Part shown: piece by piece, positions 39,202 to 47,779 of the stretch
Position numbering within the stretch: the first letter of the stretch is position 1
Layout of the letters: every line of letters starts with the position of its first letter
DNA from: an uncultured virus (IMG/VR IMGVR_UViG_3300029953_000021)
Lineage: Duplodnaviria > Heunggongvirae > Uroviricota > Caudoviricetes > Schitoviridae
Strand: one strand, 5' to 3'
IMG/VR virus record: IMGVR_UViG_3300029953_000021
DNA: 64,000 bases
Program-made: the position numbers and the translations under genes
Notes under the pieces: model-generated
Told to the model about the DNA's origin: nothing
Database searches by the model: none
What the model saw: the letters and a program-made list of their open reading frames with translations, nothing else

Positions 39202-39379
39202 CTTGGTTGTTCCTTTTTTCAATGAATTCGAGGGTTTGTCGGGATCTCTCAGCCACAACGCAGAAGCTGTGTGCGGTGAAGAGCTTGGTGTAATCTTGGG
39301 GAGAGCCGCCATATCGAGCAGCTCTCTCGGAGGCCGAGGGAACGAGATGGATCTCAGTTCCACAGAGCTTGCATTTCAT
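39167..39379 (-). CDS. Hypothetical protein
   Basis: MKCKLCG...LVPSASERA. Confidence 0.6.
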   Translation of the reverse strand: MKCKLCGTEIHLVPSASERAARYGGSPQDYTKLFTAHSFCVVAERSRQTLEFIEKRNNQDAEKRVRIRKQ

Positions 39380-39720
39380 AACGATTCTAACTTGTAGAAT
39401 CCGGACCTGAAAGAGCTGACGCCGGCATACGTGTAGCGTTTCTGGCGCTGCTTTCGAGGAGGCAATACGAAGACCTTAGCTCTCCAGCCTTGGCCTTTGC
39501 CGTTGCCTTCGATGATCTTCATGATCCGGACACGTCGACCATCCTGGGCAACCCAGAGACTGTCGATCTCGGGTTGAGGATTGAAGTATTTGTCCTGCTC
39601 GATGATCGCTGCATCGAGGTTCGAGGGATAAGCGCCATGCTCATCCAGGATCTTTACTGGGCCACTCATGGCCTCGTATTTGTCCCAGAAGTTGGGCTCT
39701 GTCTTACTGAGAGTGCTCAT
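39376..39720 (-). CDS. Hypothetical protein
   Basis: Coupled ORF. Confidence 0.6.
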   Translation of the reverse strand: MSTLSKTEPNFWDKYEAMSGPVKILDEHGAYPSNLDAAIIEQDKYFNPQPEIDSLWVAQDGRRVRIMKIIEGNGKGQGWRAKVFVLPPRKQRQKRYTYAGVSSFRSGFYKLESL

Positions 39721-39914
39721 GTTCCAGGCTCCTCCTTCATGAGTTCAGGAATGTCGACCTCACGGACGATCTCATAAACGTCAATATCGTTGAAGTTACA
39801 CGCCTGTGCGAAATGCCTTTTGAGATGCACTTTGAGTTCGTCAATAGTCTCAACGTAAGTAATTGCCACCCCCTCGTAAGGGATATACTCGTGAATTTGA
39901 TAGGTGGTGCTCAT
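39717..39914 (-). CDS. Hypothetical protein
   Basis: Coupled ORF. Confidence 0.55.
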   Translation of the reverse strand: MSTTYQIHEYIPYEGVAITYVETIDELKVHLKRHFAQACNFNDIDVYEIVREVDIPELMKEEPGT

Positions 39915-40228
39915 TTGCCGAGTCCCATGCTAAAGCTCCTTTGGGATATATTGAATGAGAGTTGAGCAGTTTACCCTGTTGCTCAGCAGCTTTGCCATCA
40001 TCTGTGGTGCTTTTAAGCGCCCTTGCCAGTGTCCGGACTCCGTTCATGGCTACGCTATGCGTGTCTGCCGTGGATAGGATGCTCTTCGACCTGGGCTAAT
40101 GCTGATGTGGACTTGATTACCTAGCTAAAGGTTCTGTGATGGTGATCAGGAGCGTACACTGTCCGCAGACTTCCAGACCTGGAGAGATACTTAGATCTCT
40201 CGAAGGTGCTGCGATCATACAGTGTTCA

Positions 40229-40415
40229 CTTAGCCGGGCTCACCCCGGCACGGCGGAACGCCAAGTCACATTCTTTCCTCTGGGTTCATGTGCCTGTGCG
40301 TTAGCAGGCGGTCTGACGCTGTTCTCAAGATCGCTTTTTGTCGCTTCTCTGCGTTTAAGCTGGGCTCACCCCAGCTCGGTACACGCCCAAGTCATGGTTA
40401 GTTCCTTGGTTCATG
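40229..40415 (-). repeat. Two-copy unit: RBS + 9-codon ORF + covarying hairpin
   Basis: MTWACTELG* (40366-40395) and (V)TWRSAVPG* (40240-40269), 126 nt apart, each ending in GCYGGG-GTGAG-CCCRGC. Confidence 0.7.
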
Positions 40416-40513
40416 GCGACTCGACAGGCTTTAGGTGCATCTCCGCTAAGATAGCTGAAAAGTTCAACTTAGCTTTTAGATAGTTGAGGGATGCCCTTTA
40501 ACCTATCGGAGAC

Positions 40514-40554
40514 AAAAAAGAACAGGAGAGATCCCGAAGGATCCCCCCTGTGTT
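40514..40554 (-). terminator. Terminator after the gp2 homologue
   Basis: GATCC-TTCG-GGATC core with extended stem and T6. Confidence 0.8.
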
Positions 40555-40557
40555 GTG

Positions 40558-40977
40558 TCAGTCGACGAGCGCGAGCTTGCGACGGAACGGATTTTCGCTG
40601 GGAGCGACAGGCGTCACTTCGCCATTCGCACGCCGGATCTGGATCTGGAGCCCACCGGCTTCGCCGATGATCTTGTCTTCGCCCGGCGCCAAGCCCTTGC
40701 AGGCTTCCATGACCTGATCGAGCAGATCATTCCGAGCGCCCTGGAACGCAGCGAAGTTGACGTTCCTCGAGGTCGTGGTGAGTTTCTCCTGCGTGTCCAA
40801 CGGGATACCCGTTGGCAGCGACACGAAGCGCTGTTCGGTGCCCTCGTCGGTCTCGTAGTCGACCACGTAGCCGATGTTCATCCAGAACTCAGCCTTGGGC
40901 CGATCGTCGGTCTGCTGGGAAGGCGTCTTCACTCCAGCGAACTTCTCGCCGAAGGTCTTCGAAACGGTGATTGCCAT
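40558..40977 (-). CDS. N4 gp2-like ssDNA-binding RNAPII activator
   Basis: MAITVSKTFG, DRPKAEFWMNIGY, FVSLPTGIPLDTQE, ARNDLLDQ, LQIQIRR match the N4 gp2 pattern. Confidence 0.9.
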   Translation of the reverse strand: MAITVSKTFGEKFAGVKTPSQQTDDRPKAEFWMNIGYVVDYETDEGTEQRFVSLPTGIPLDTQEKLTTTSRNVNFAAFQGARNDLLDQVMEACKGLAPGEDKIIGEAGGLQIQIRRANGEVTPVAPSENPFRRKLALVD

Positions 40978-41015
40978 TGCACTAAGCTCCTTATGAGCAA
41001 ACCGGGGAACATTCC

Positions 41016-41035
41016 CCACACACGCCGAAGGCGTG
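41016..41035 (-). promoter_or_regulatory. vRNAP hairpin promoter
   Basis: Template (+) strand CC-ACA-CACGCC-GAA-GGCGTG; +1 at C41017 places loop GAA at -10 to -12. Confidence 0.8.
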
Positions 41036-41096
41036 AGCCACAAAACGAAGCACAAGCGTTGACTCATGCTCCGCTTAATCCAAGAAACGGCTTACG

Positions 41097-41282
41097 CTAG
41101 TCTAAGCGCACATAGCGCTTGATCTTGGTCATACGCTCGTTGAGCACCCGATCAGCTTCATGCTTAGCTCGGATCTCTCGCTCGCCTGTGATCCAGTCGA
41201 TGAAGAGTTCGACCAAAGTGGGCTTATGCTCCACTTCAGTTATGTTGAATTTGGTCACCAAGTGATCGATGTATTGGCCCAT
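41097..41282 (-). CDS. Early hypothetical protein
   Basis: GGAG RBS, MGQYIDHLV. Confidence 0.6.
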   Translation of the reverse strand: MGQYIDHLVTKFNITEVEHKPTLVELFIDWITGEREIRAKHEADRVLNERMTKIKRYVRLD

Positions 41283-41287
41283 TGGGA

Positions 41288-41440
41288 TTACTCCATGAGT
41301 AGGTCGTGACAACGTGAAATGCTGTTGGTTTCCATGCACTTGGCCATAGACTTGCCTCCATCATCACAGATGCACAGGGTGATGGTGATGAGTGAGACGA
41401 TGATCATCAGGTAGCTGACGCCGCAGATGTATGGACGCAT
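41288..41440 (-). CDS. Small early membrane protein
   Basis: GGGAG RBS, MRPYICGVSYLMIIVSLITITLCIC. Confidence 0.55.
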   Translation of the reverse strand: MRPYICGVSYLMIIVSLITITLCICDDGGKSMAKCMETNSISRCHDLLME

Positions 41441-41456
41441 TGGCGTCACTCCCAAG

Positions 41457-41621
41457 TTAAATCTGTGAATTAGACTCATGTTTAGAGTCGGACTTGTCCG
41501 GAAACAGGGATTTCCAGAATACTTTCATCACGATGAACTCGACGATGTTCACGATGATGTAGATGAGCAGCCAGTGAAGCCAGAGCTTAAGCCTGAGCAG
41601 CCCAGCTAGTGAGTCAAGCAT
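41457..41621 (-). CDS. Small early membrane protein (54 aa)
   Basis: Read manually: MLDSLAGLLRLKLWLHWLLIYIIVNIVEFIVMKVFWKSLFP...; GAGG RBS. Confidence 0.55.
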   Translation of the reverse strand: MLDSLAGLLRLKLWLHWLLIYIIVNIVEFIVMKVFWKSLFPDKSDSKHESNSQI

Positions 41622-41662
41622 GGCTTACCTCAAGTTATGTTGGGTTATCGGATGGATATAGG

Positions 41663-41886
41663 ATCACGATGAATCGTGATAGTCATTCGGTGAGTGGACA
41701 TGAGTTGAATCATGATAGTCAACTGGGATAGCGAGACAGATGCAAGGCTCAGTCTCTAGCCATCCCCATTCACTCACACCTAATGCAATCATGATAGTCA
41801 CTCACACTCAGGTGAGCAGACACAGAGTGACCTATCGCTTGAGTCGAAGACCATGATCACTCCGTGATCATGACCTATCGCTCGAG
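41663..41886. repeat. Cluster of short direct repeats and palindromes
   Basis: AATCRTGATAGTCA at 41672, 41708, 41787; TGACCTATCGCTYGAG at 41828, 41871; hairpins 41663-41680 and 41852-41872. Confidence 0.8.
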
Positions 41887-41939
41887 ATGAATGGACTCAC
41901 CCACCCTTGCGAGGTGAGTGAGCCACTGTTGTCTTGGCC

Positions 41940-42287
41940 TCAAGCAGCCTTGAGTCTGGCAGCAGCCGAGTCCGGCTTGCGCAGGATCTTGCTGTACCGA
42001 TCATGAGCCTGCTCGTAGTGGAACCGATGACGCTCGGACTTGGCGATGAACGTCTCCACCTCCAGGTCAATGGCCGTCTGTTCCATTGCCTTCTCTTCGA
42101 TGAGGCGATCAATGAAGGTTTCATTGTCCGCAATGATGCGAGACTGCTGGTTGAGGGCAGCTTGCTCCACGAAGGCATTGGCCATGCCGATCGAAGTGCT
42201 GACTGCGTTGAGCGCACCAGTCACCGTGGTAGCAGCAGTGCTGACAGTGTCGAGCACAGTTCCGAACGTGAGGCGAGCAGTTGCCAT
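41940..42287 (-). CDS. First early gene (N4 gp1-like position)
   Basis: MATARLTFGTVLDTV, GGAG RBS, 50 nt downstream of the vRNAP +1. Confidence 0.75.
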   Translation of the reverse strand: MATARLTFGTVLDTVSTAATTVTGALNAVSTSIGMANAFVEQAALNQQSRIIADNETFIDRLIEEKAMEQTAIDLEVETFIAKSERHRFHYEQAHDRYSKILRKPDSAAARLKAA

Positions 42288-42335
42288 TGAGTTACACTCC
42301 ATCAGGGTAGGAACCAAAGACACCATGTCTTGATT

Positions 42336-42355
42336 CCACACTCCGCGAAGCGGAG
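42336..42355 (-). promoter_or_regulatory. vRNAP hairpin promoter (first early promoter)
   Basis: Template (+) strand CC-ACA-CTCCGC-GAA-GCGGAG; +1 C42337, -8 G, -9 C, loop G-A-A, -13 G, matching N4 promoter geometry. Confidence 0.88.
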
Positions 42356-42659
42356 AGATCCCTCAGTGTCTCTTGAGTGACACTCCGGGGGGGTAGTCCG
42401 GATGGTGGAAGTGTACAACCAACACACTGCCTTCATCTATCTCCACGAAATATCAGCAATGCCCTCCTGCATATATTGCAGAGAGGCTCTCCTATTAGCA
42501 GCTATGTTTGAGGAAGATATTTGATTGGGCCTGCGGAGCCCCTTGGTTTCTCTGAATATGAGCCCTTTAGGGGTCATTTCAGACACACTCTCCCATTACC
42601 TCTCTCTCTAAATTTAAGAGTAGAAGCTGGAAACGCTCGGGTGCTGAAATCATCTGAAC

Positions 42660-43043
42660 CTACGAGAGAGCAAAAGCAAGGGGGAGAGCCTCTGAGAGAG
42701 CCTCCATAAAGAGGGAGTCTCCAAATAAGAGAGCCACCGAGCCTGAGAGGTTCTGAGGCTGGTCGTAGACTCGGTTGAAGCCATCGGCACGAATGAGAGC
42801 TTGGAGCCAGAGCAGGTTCGCAAAGACGTTGGGTTGGTTTTCCCTTCCTGGTTCCGCGCAGCGATAGGCTCGACAGGGGAGGATCTCTCCTTGTTCGAGG
42901 ATGCTGTCGAAGGTCTCGATGAGTTGGGGGGCTCCACCCACGGATGCTTCGATCATGAAAGGCGAAGGCGCCTTGCGTAAGAGCATCAGTCGTTGGGAGC
43001 GTCGGGAGGTAGCCGAGGGAATGACGCGGAGAATGCCCCGCAT
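42660..43043 (-). CDS. Hypothetical protein near the genome-end junction
   Basis: Preceded by TGAACCAGGAA + 7 nt + ATG, like other minus-strand genes. Confidence 0.55.
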   Translation of the reverse strand: MRGILRVIPSATSRRSQRLMLLRKAPSPFMIEASVGGAPQLIETFDSILEQGEILPCRAYRCAEPGRENQPNVFANLLWLQALIRADGFNRVYDQPQNLSGSVALLFGDSLFMEALSEALPLAFALS

Positions 43044-43511
43044 GGTGGTCTTCCTGGTTCAAAAGCTTCGAAGTGAGGAAGGCACCGCATGGCTTTCCAC
43101 CATGCTGGGGGGACGGAGCTAGTCCATCAGCCTCTGCTGCAACGCTGCTTTGGCTTGTCCCCTGGCCGAGGTTCGCCGTGTCAGTGCCCAACGAAACAGA
43201 CTTACAACATAAGTTAGCAATGAGTGCAAATGAAAAGAGACGAGAAGCGGCCAGGCCCCTCGTCTCTTCTAGATGGGCAGCTCAGGCTCTGAACCAAGAA
43301 CACCCTTGGCAGAGTGTTACCTGGCAGGAGGTCGAGACCGCTGCCTGCGGAAGTTATGTCCCCACTATCCGCTAGGGTCGCCATGTACTTCGCCACGCTC
43401 TAGGCGCCACGCAAAGTTATATTTGGATAAATCGGGCTTCACGTCAAGTCTCAAATCTCTTTGACCGGTTGCTATAGATGCCCTAAAGGGTAAATATCAA
43501 AGCAACGGGGA

Positions 43512-43874
43512 ATGCTTTACATGGATATTACTGAGGATGAGTTAGAAGAGCGGGCAGTTGCTAAGAGGGTTACTCTGAAGGACGTCGAGGACAGCATCCT
43601 CTTCTGTTATTTCTTCACGGCTGCGGATGGCGTTCGAGCCACGCAAAAGACCACTGCCCGGATGCAGGGCAAGGCCAAGAATCTGGAGCTGCTCACTTTC
43701 TGTGTGCTCGTCCTTCAGAACGGTTTCACGGTGACTGGCCAGAGCGCCTGCGCCGATCCCGCGAACTACCAGAAGGATATTGGCGATCGTCTCGCCAAGA
43801 CTGATGCGGTCAACAAGATCTGGCCGCTGCTCGGCTTCGTGTTGAAGAACGAGCTCAATGAAGGGGAAGCGTGA
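43512..43874 (+). CDS. N4 gp49/Sf6 gp66-family protein (candidate Acb4-type nucleotide sponge)
   Basis: RVTLKDVE, LTFCVLVLQNGFTVTGQSACADPANY, KIWPLLGF. Confidence 0.8.
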   Translation: MLYMDITEDELEERAVAKRVTLKDVEDSILFCYFFTAADGVRATQKTTARMQGKAKNLELLTFCVLVLQNGFTVTGQSACADPANYQKDIGDRLAKTDAVNKIWPLLGFVLKNELNEGEA

Positions 43875-44125
43875 TGGAATTCGCACTCTATATGTTGGTG
43901 ATCCTGCTGTTCTGCGTGATCGCAGTCGGCGCGTTCTTCCACAACACGATCGTCGCCGGACTCAAAGACGAGCTCTTGACTGCTGAGACCCGGCTGCGGG
44001 CAGCGTTCATGAGCCGCAGCAAAGTGGCCCAGAACACTCTTCAGGCGGATGTCGTCGCCACGGGCGCTGCTGTTTCCGGCGCCGTCACGGATGCTGCTTC
44101 GGGGATTGCGGAGAAGATCTCTTGA
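43871..44125 (+). CDS. Membrane-anchored hypothetical protein
   Basis: N-terminal TM, coupled ORF. Confidence 0.6.
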   Translation: MMEFALYMLVILLFCVIAVGAFFHNTIVAGLKDELLTAETRLRAAFMSRSKVAQNTLQADVVATGAAVSGAVTDAASGIAEKIS

Positions 44126-44442
44126 TCAAGCCCTCGGTCGGCCGAATCGTCTGGTACTACCCGGACCCGAAGAACACTCTCATTGCACCCACGGGCGGAG
44201 CGCCCATGGCTGCGATCATCGCCTACGTGCATAGCGACACGATGGTGAACCTCGCCTTCTTCGATGCGAACGGCGTCGCCTCGAATCAGACTTCGGTGAA
44301 GCTCTTGCAGGATGAAGACAAGCCCAATCCGGGCGAGATCTACTGCGAGTGGATGCCGTACCAGGTTGGACAGGCGAAGGCGGCAGCGGCTGCTTCTCCC
44401 CTGGTTGTTGACCCGCATTCCAACGCCTACATGCGGAGCTAA
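44122..44442 (+). CDS. Conserved phage protein (PSVGRIVWY type)
   Basis: KPSVGRIVWYY, AAIIAYV, VNLAFFDANG, CEWMPYQ. Confidence 0.7.
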   Translation: MIKPSVGRIVWYYPDPKNTLIAPTGGAPMAAIIAYVHSDTMVNLAFFDANGVASNQTSVKLLQDEDKPNPGEIYCEWMPYQVGQAKAAAAASPLVVDPHSNAYMRS

Positions 44443-44447
44443 GTGCG

Positions 44448-45029
44448 ATGATGCGTCCGGTCGTCTTTGTTAATGGTCCTCCCAGCAGTGGGAAAGACAC
44501 GCTCGCTGAATATGTCGTCCGGAAATTTCCGGGTTTCCGACAAGTCAAGTTCAGCGAGATACTCAAAGAGCGCACTCATGCTCTTTATGGACGACCGGAC
44601 CTTCCTCACCATGCGTTCGAGACAGTCAAAGAGACTCCCTGCGATGTCTTCCTCGGGTTGAGTCCGAGGGAAGCCTACATCGAGGTAAGTGAGCGGTACA
44701 TGAAGCCGACTCATGGGGATGAGGTCTTCGGTCGACTCCTTCTTGATCGGATGCAGAACACCTCAGGTCGGGCTTTTATCATCTCGGACTCTGGTTTCGC
44801 CTCGGAGGCCCAGCCTATCCTGCGATCGGTCGGTGCAAGCAAGTGCCAGCTGGTCAGACTTTATGCTGAGGGTCGTGGCTGCTCGTTCAAAGGCGACAGT
44901 CGCACGCACATCAAGTTGGAAGGCGTCCAGACGACGGACATCGCCAACAACTACTCGATCGACGAATTCTATGGCCGAGCCATGAGCCGGCTTTCTCACA
45001 TCTTTCAGCAAATGGTGGGTGGCGAATGA
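44448..45029 (+). CDS. Deoxynucleoside monophosphate kinase-like
   Basis: NGPPSSGKDT, KETP, SPREAYI, IISDSGF. Confidence 0.8.
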   Translation: MMRPVVFVNGPPSSGKDTLAEYVVRKFPGFRQVKFSEILKERTHALYGRPDLPHHAFETVKETPCDVFLGLSPREAYIEVSERYMKPTHGDEVFGRLLLDRMQNTSGRAFIISDSGFASEAQPILRSVGASKCQLVRLYAEGRGCSFKGDSRTHIKLEGVQTTDIANNYSIDEFYGRAMSRLSHIFQQMVGGE

Positions 45030-45289
45030 ACAAGCATGTGAAGGAAACGCAGGGCGAACTGGCTCTGACTCTCGGTTTCGGCGAAGCGATCTCCTACCTG
45101 AAGCTCGGCAGCCGAGTCGCTCGCACCGGCTGGAATGGAAAGGGCATGTGGCTGGAACTCCAGGTTCCCGATGCTCACTCGAAGATGACGCTCCCCTACA
45201 TCTTCATGAAGACGGCGGACCACAATCTCGTTCTCTGGCTCGCGTCGCAGACGGACATTCTGGCCGACGACTGGCTGGTGGTGCTCTGA
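45026..45289 (+). CDS. DUF2829 / Tad2-like protein
   Basis: FGEAISYLKLGSRVARTGWNGKGMWL, PYIFMKT, WLASQTDILADDW. Confidence 0.85.
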   Translation: MNKHVKETQGELALTLGFGEAISYLKLGSRVARTGWNGKGMWLELQVPDAHSKMTLPYIFMKTADHNLVLWLASQTDILADDWLVVL

Positions 45290-45486
45290 TGCAGACCACC
45301 GGCCCCCTCTTTCGAATCGAGAAGTCCACCTGCGGAAACTTCATCCGCGTGCATCTGGGAGGCAAGACTGAAGTGCTCTCGATGAGCACCTGGTCGAAGG
45401 CGATCGGGCATTCTGGGGAGTTTCGCCACAACCCCGAACTGAAGCCGGTCGAGCCGACGACCCCCAACGAACCGGACTGTGCTTGA
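45289..45486 (+). CDS. Hypothetical protein
   Basis: MQTTGPLFRIEKS, TGATG coupling. Confidence 0.55.
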   Translation: MQTTGPLFRIEKSTCGNFIRVHLGGKTEVLSMSTWSKAIGHSGEFRHNPELKPVEPTTPNEPDCA

Positions 45487-46184
45487 TGCTCACGCGCGAG
45501 ATGATCGAAAAAGCGCTCCCCACTAATTTGAGGAGTGCCGCTACCCAGGCTTTCACGGACCAGGTGAACAACCTGTCGGCAGATCCCTTGGTGGCTGAGA
45601 GCATCCGCGAGAATTTCATCTCGTATTCGAGGGTGCTCCAAGAGGGGAAATTTAAGACGGAAGACTACCTGCACGCGGTCGCCTACGTGAGCTTCAAGCA
45701 CATGGGCTACTCGAACCAGGATGCCTATTTCCGGACTTTCCCCCAGCGCCACGCCAATCTCTTGGCCAAGGGCACTTCGGGCAAAGACATTGCGGCTTAC
45801 GTCTCAGCGTTCCACCGGGGCAAGCTCGTGAACCTTGTCATGGAGCAGAGCCTCGTTCCGATCTGGATCCTGAACCAGGACGTCTACCAGAAGGCGATCA
45901 ACACCCAGGTCGAGATCATGGAGGACGACACCCTCCCGGCTGTGGCTCGAACGGCTGCTGCGAATTCGGTGCTCACCCATTTGGCGAAGCCAAAAGAGAT
46001 GGCGAACACCATCAATTTCACGGTCGCTGAGAGTTCGGGAATGTCCGAGATGCGGCAGCTCCTCACCGATCTGGCCCGAAATCAGCGGGCAGCCATCGAA
46101 GGGGGAACTTCTCCTCGGGAGATCGCCAGTCAGAAGCTGATCGATGTCACCCCGAATCCTAGTCCCTCACTGGTTCCAAAATAA
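45486..46184 (+). CDS. Putative terminase small subunit (N4 gp69-like)
   Basis: RENFISYSRVLQEGKFKTEDYLHAV, KLVNLVMEQSLVP, AANSVLTHL; directly upstream of TerL. Confidence 0.8.
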   Translation: MLTREMIEKALPTNLRSAATQAFTDQVNNLSADPLVAESIRENFISYSRVLQEGKFKTEDYLHAVAYVSFKHMGYSNQDAYFRTFPQRHANLLAKGTSGKDIAAYVSAFHRGKLVNLVMEQSLVPIWILNQDVYQKAINTQVEIMEDDTLPAVARTAAANSVLTHLAKPKEMANTINFTVAESSGMSEMRQLLTDLARNQRAAIEGGTSPREIASQKLIDVTPNPSPSLVPK

Positions 46185-47773
46185 TGGAACTCCTCAAGCA
46201 AGAACTCGATATTTGGCTCGATGGCGTCAATTATCAGGCTCTGAATTCGTCGGACTATGTGCCGTCTGAGTTCGCCCTCACCTTCATGAATTTCATCAAG
46301 CTCGTGAACGGCGCCGAAGGCGAAAGCCACAAGACTCCCCCTGTTCATTTGAAGATGCTCGACAAGCTCGTCGAGCCCAGCCCCTATGTGGCGAACCTCT
46401 GTTTCCGTGGAGCAGCGAAAACGACGCTGTTCATGGAGTATTTCGTTCTCTTCCTGGCTTTCTATGGTTACCTGCCGAACTTCGGGAAGATCGAGGGGAT
46501 GATCTACGTCTCCGACTCGATGGAGAACGGCGTCAAGAGCGCTCGAAAGAACATCGAGTTTCGCTACGAATCCAGCCCTTTCCTGCAATACTGGATCCCT
46601 GAAGCCCACTTCACGGACAACTACCTCGAGTTTCGAGCCAAAGAGGGCAATCGACTCGGCGTAAAGATGTTCGGCGCCAAGACAGGCCTCCGCGGAACGA
46701 AGATTTTCGGGAAGCGGCCTCCTCTTGCCGTGCTCGATGACCTTGTGAGTGACGACGACTCCAAGTCCAGGGTCCAGATGGAGGCCATCAAGGACACTGT
46801 CTATAAGGGAGTGAACCACGCTCTTGATCCGACCCGCCGCAAAGTCATCTTCAACGGCACTCCCTTCACCAAAGACGACATTCTCATTGAAGCCGTCGAG
46901 TCTGGCGCATGGGATGTGAATGTCTGGCCGGTCTGTGAACGTTTTCCCTGCACTGAGGAGGAGTTCTCCGGGGCTTGGGAGGACCGTTTCACGTTCCAGT
47001 ACGTCAAAGATCAATATGACATGGCGGTCAAGACGGGGAAGCTCGCTGGATTCTACCAGGAACTGATGCTGAGGATCACCTCAGACGAAGAGAGGCTCGT
47101 TCAAGACGACGAGATCAAGTGGTACAACCGATCGAAGCTCCTTGAGATGAAGGGGAACTTCAACTTCTACATCACCACGGACTTCTCGACCTCGAAAAAA
47201 CAGACTGCGGACTTCTCTGTCATCGCTGTGTGGGCCTACAACTCCAACGGACAATGGTTCTGGGTGGATGGAGTCTGTGCTCGGCAGACAATCGACATCA
47301 CCTTCAATGACCTGTTCCGGCTTGTGAGCGAATATCACCCGCAACAGGTGGGCATCGAGGTCACTGGCCAGCAGCAGGCCTACATTAAGCTCCTCCAACA
47401 AGAGATGATGAACCGGAACATCTGGTTTTCGTTCGCTTCGAGTGAAAAATCAGGTGAAGCAGGCATTCGACCGGTCGTGGATAAGCTCTCCAGGTTCAAT
47501 ATGGTCGTTCCTTGGTTCAAATCATCTCGCATGTGGTGGCCCGAGGAGATGAAACTCACCGTGATCATGGGTCATTTCTTGCAGCAGATTAAATTGGCGA
47601 CTAAGAATGGCCTGAAGGGCAAAGATGATTGCCTAGATACGATCTCGATGCTTGGGTATCTGACGCCGTGGAAACCATCCGAAGGAACTGCTTCTTCAAG
47701 TTCTTCTGAGGGACCTTACGACGAAGACACACCGGAAGCGGACACCAATCGCTTATCCTCTTACGTTGTGTGA
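46184..47773 (+). CDS. terL: Terminase large subunit
   Basis: FRGAAKTT, AVLDD, FNGTP, nuclease YITTDF, KDDCLD. Confidence 0.93.
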   Translation: MELLKQELDIWLDGVNYQALNSSDYVPSEFALTFMNFIKLVNGAEGESHKTPPVHLKMLDKLVEPSPYVANLCFRGAAKTTLFMEYFVLFLAFYGYLPNFGKIEGMIYVSDSMENGVKSARKNIEFRYESSPFLQYWIPEAHFTDNYLEFRAKEGNRLGVKMFGAKTGLRGTKIFGKRPPLAVLDDLVSDDDSKSRVQMEAIKDTVYKGVNHALDPTRRKVIFNGTPFTKDDILIEAVESGAWDVNVWPVCERFPCTEEEFSGAWEDRFTFQYVKDQYDMAVKTGKLAGFYQELMLRITSDEERLVQDDEIKWYNRSKLLEMKGNFNFYITTDFSTSKKQTADFSVIAVWAYNSNGQWFWVDGVCARQTIDITFNDLFRLVSEYHPQQVGIEVTGQQQAYIKLLQQEMMNRNIWFSFASSEKSGEAGIRPVVDKLSRFNMVVPWFKSSRMWWPEEMKLTVIMGHFLQQIKLATKNGLKGKDDCLDTISMLGYLTPWKPSEGTASSSSSEGPYDEDTPEADTNRLSSYVV

Positions 47774-47779
47774 GGCATC

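Noticed and set aside
40229..40395. Twister/hammerhead ribozyme or SECIS element
   Set aside because: Lacks twister pseudoknot and hammerhead CUGANGA/GAAA cores; the UGA is inside the hairpin rather than upstream of it as in bacterial SECIS
41852..41872. Third, oppositely oriented vRNAP promoter (C-GGA-G loop on the minus strand)
   Set aside because: No CC at +1/+2, no G at -8, and it would fire antisense to the early genes
41663..41886. CRISPR mini-array
   Set aside because: Repeats only 14-16 nt with irregular spacing (36, 79, 43 nt); no cas genes
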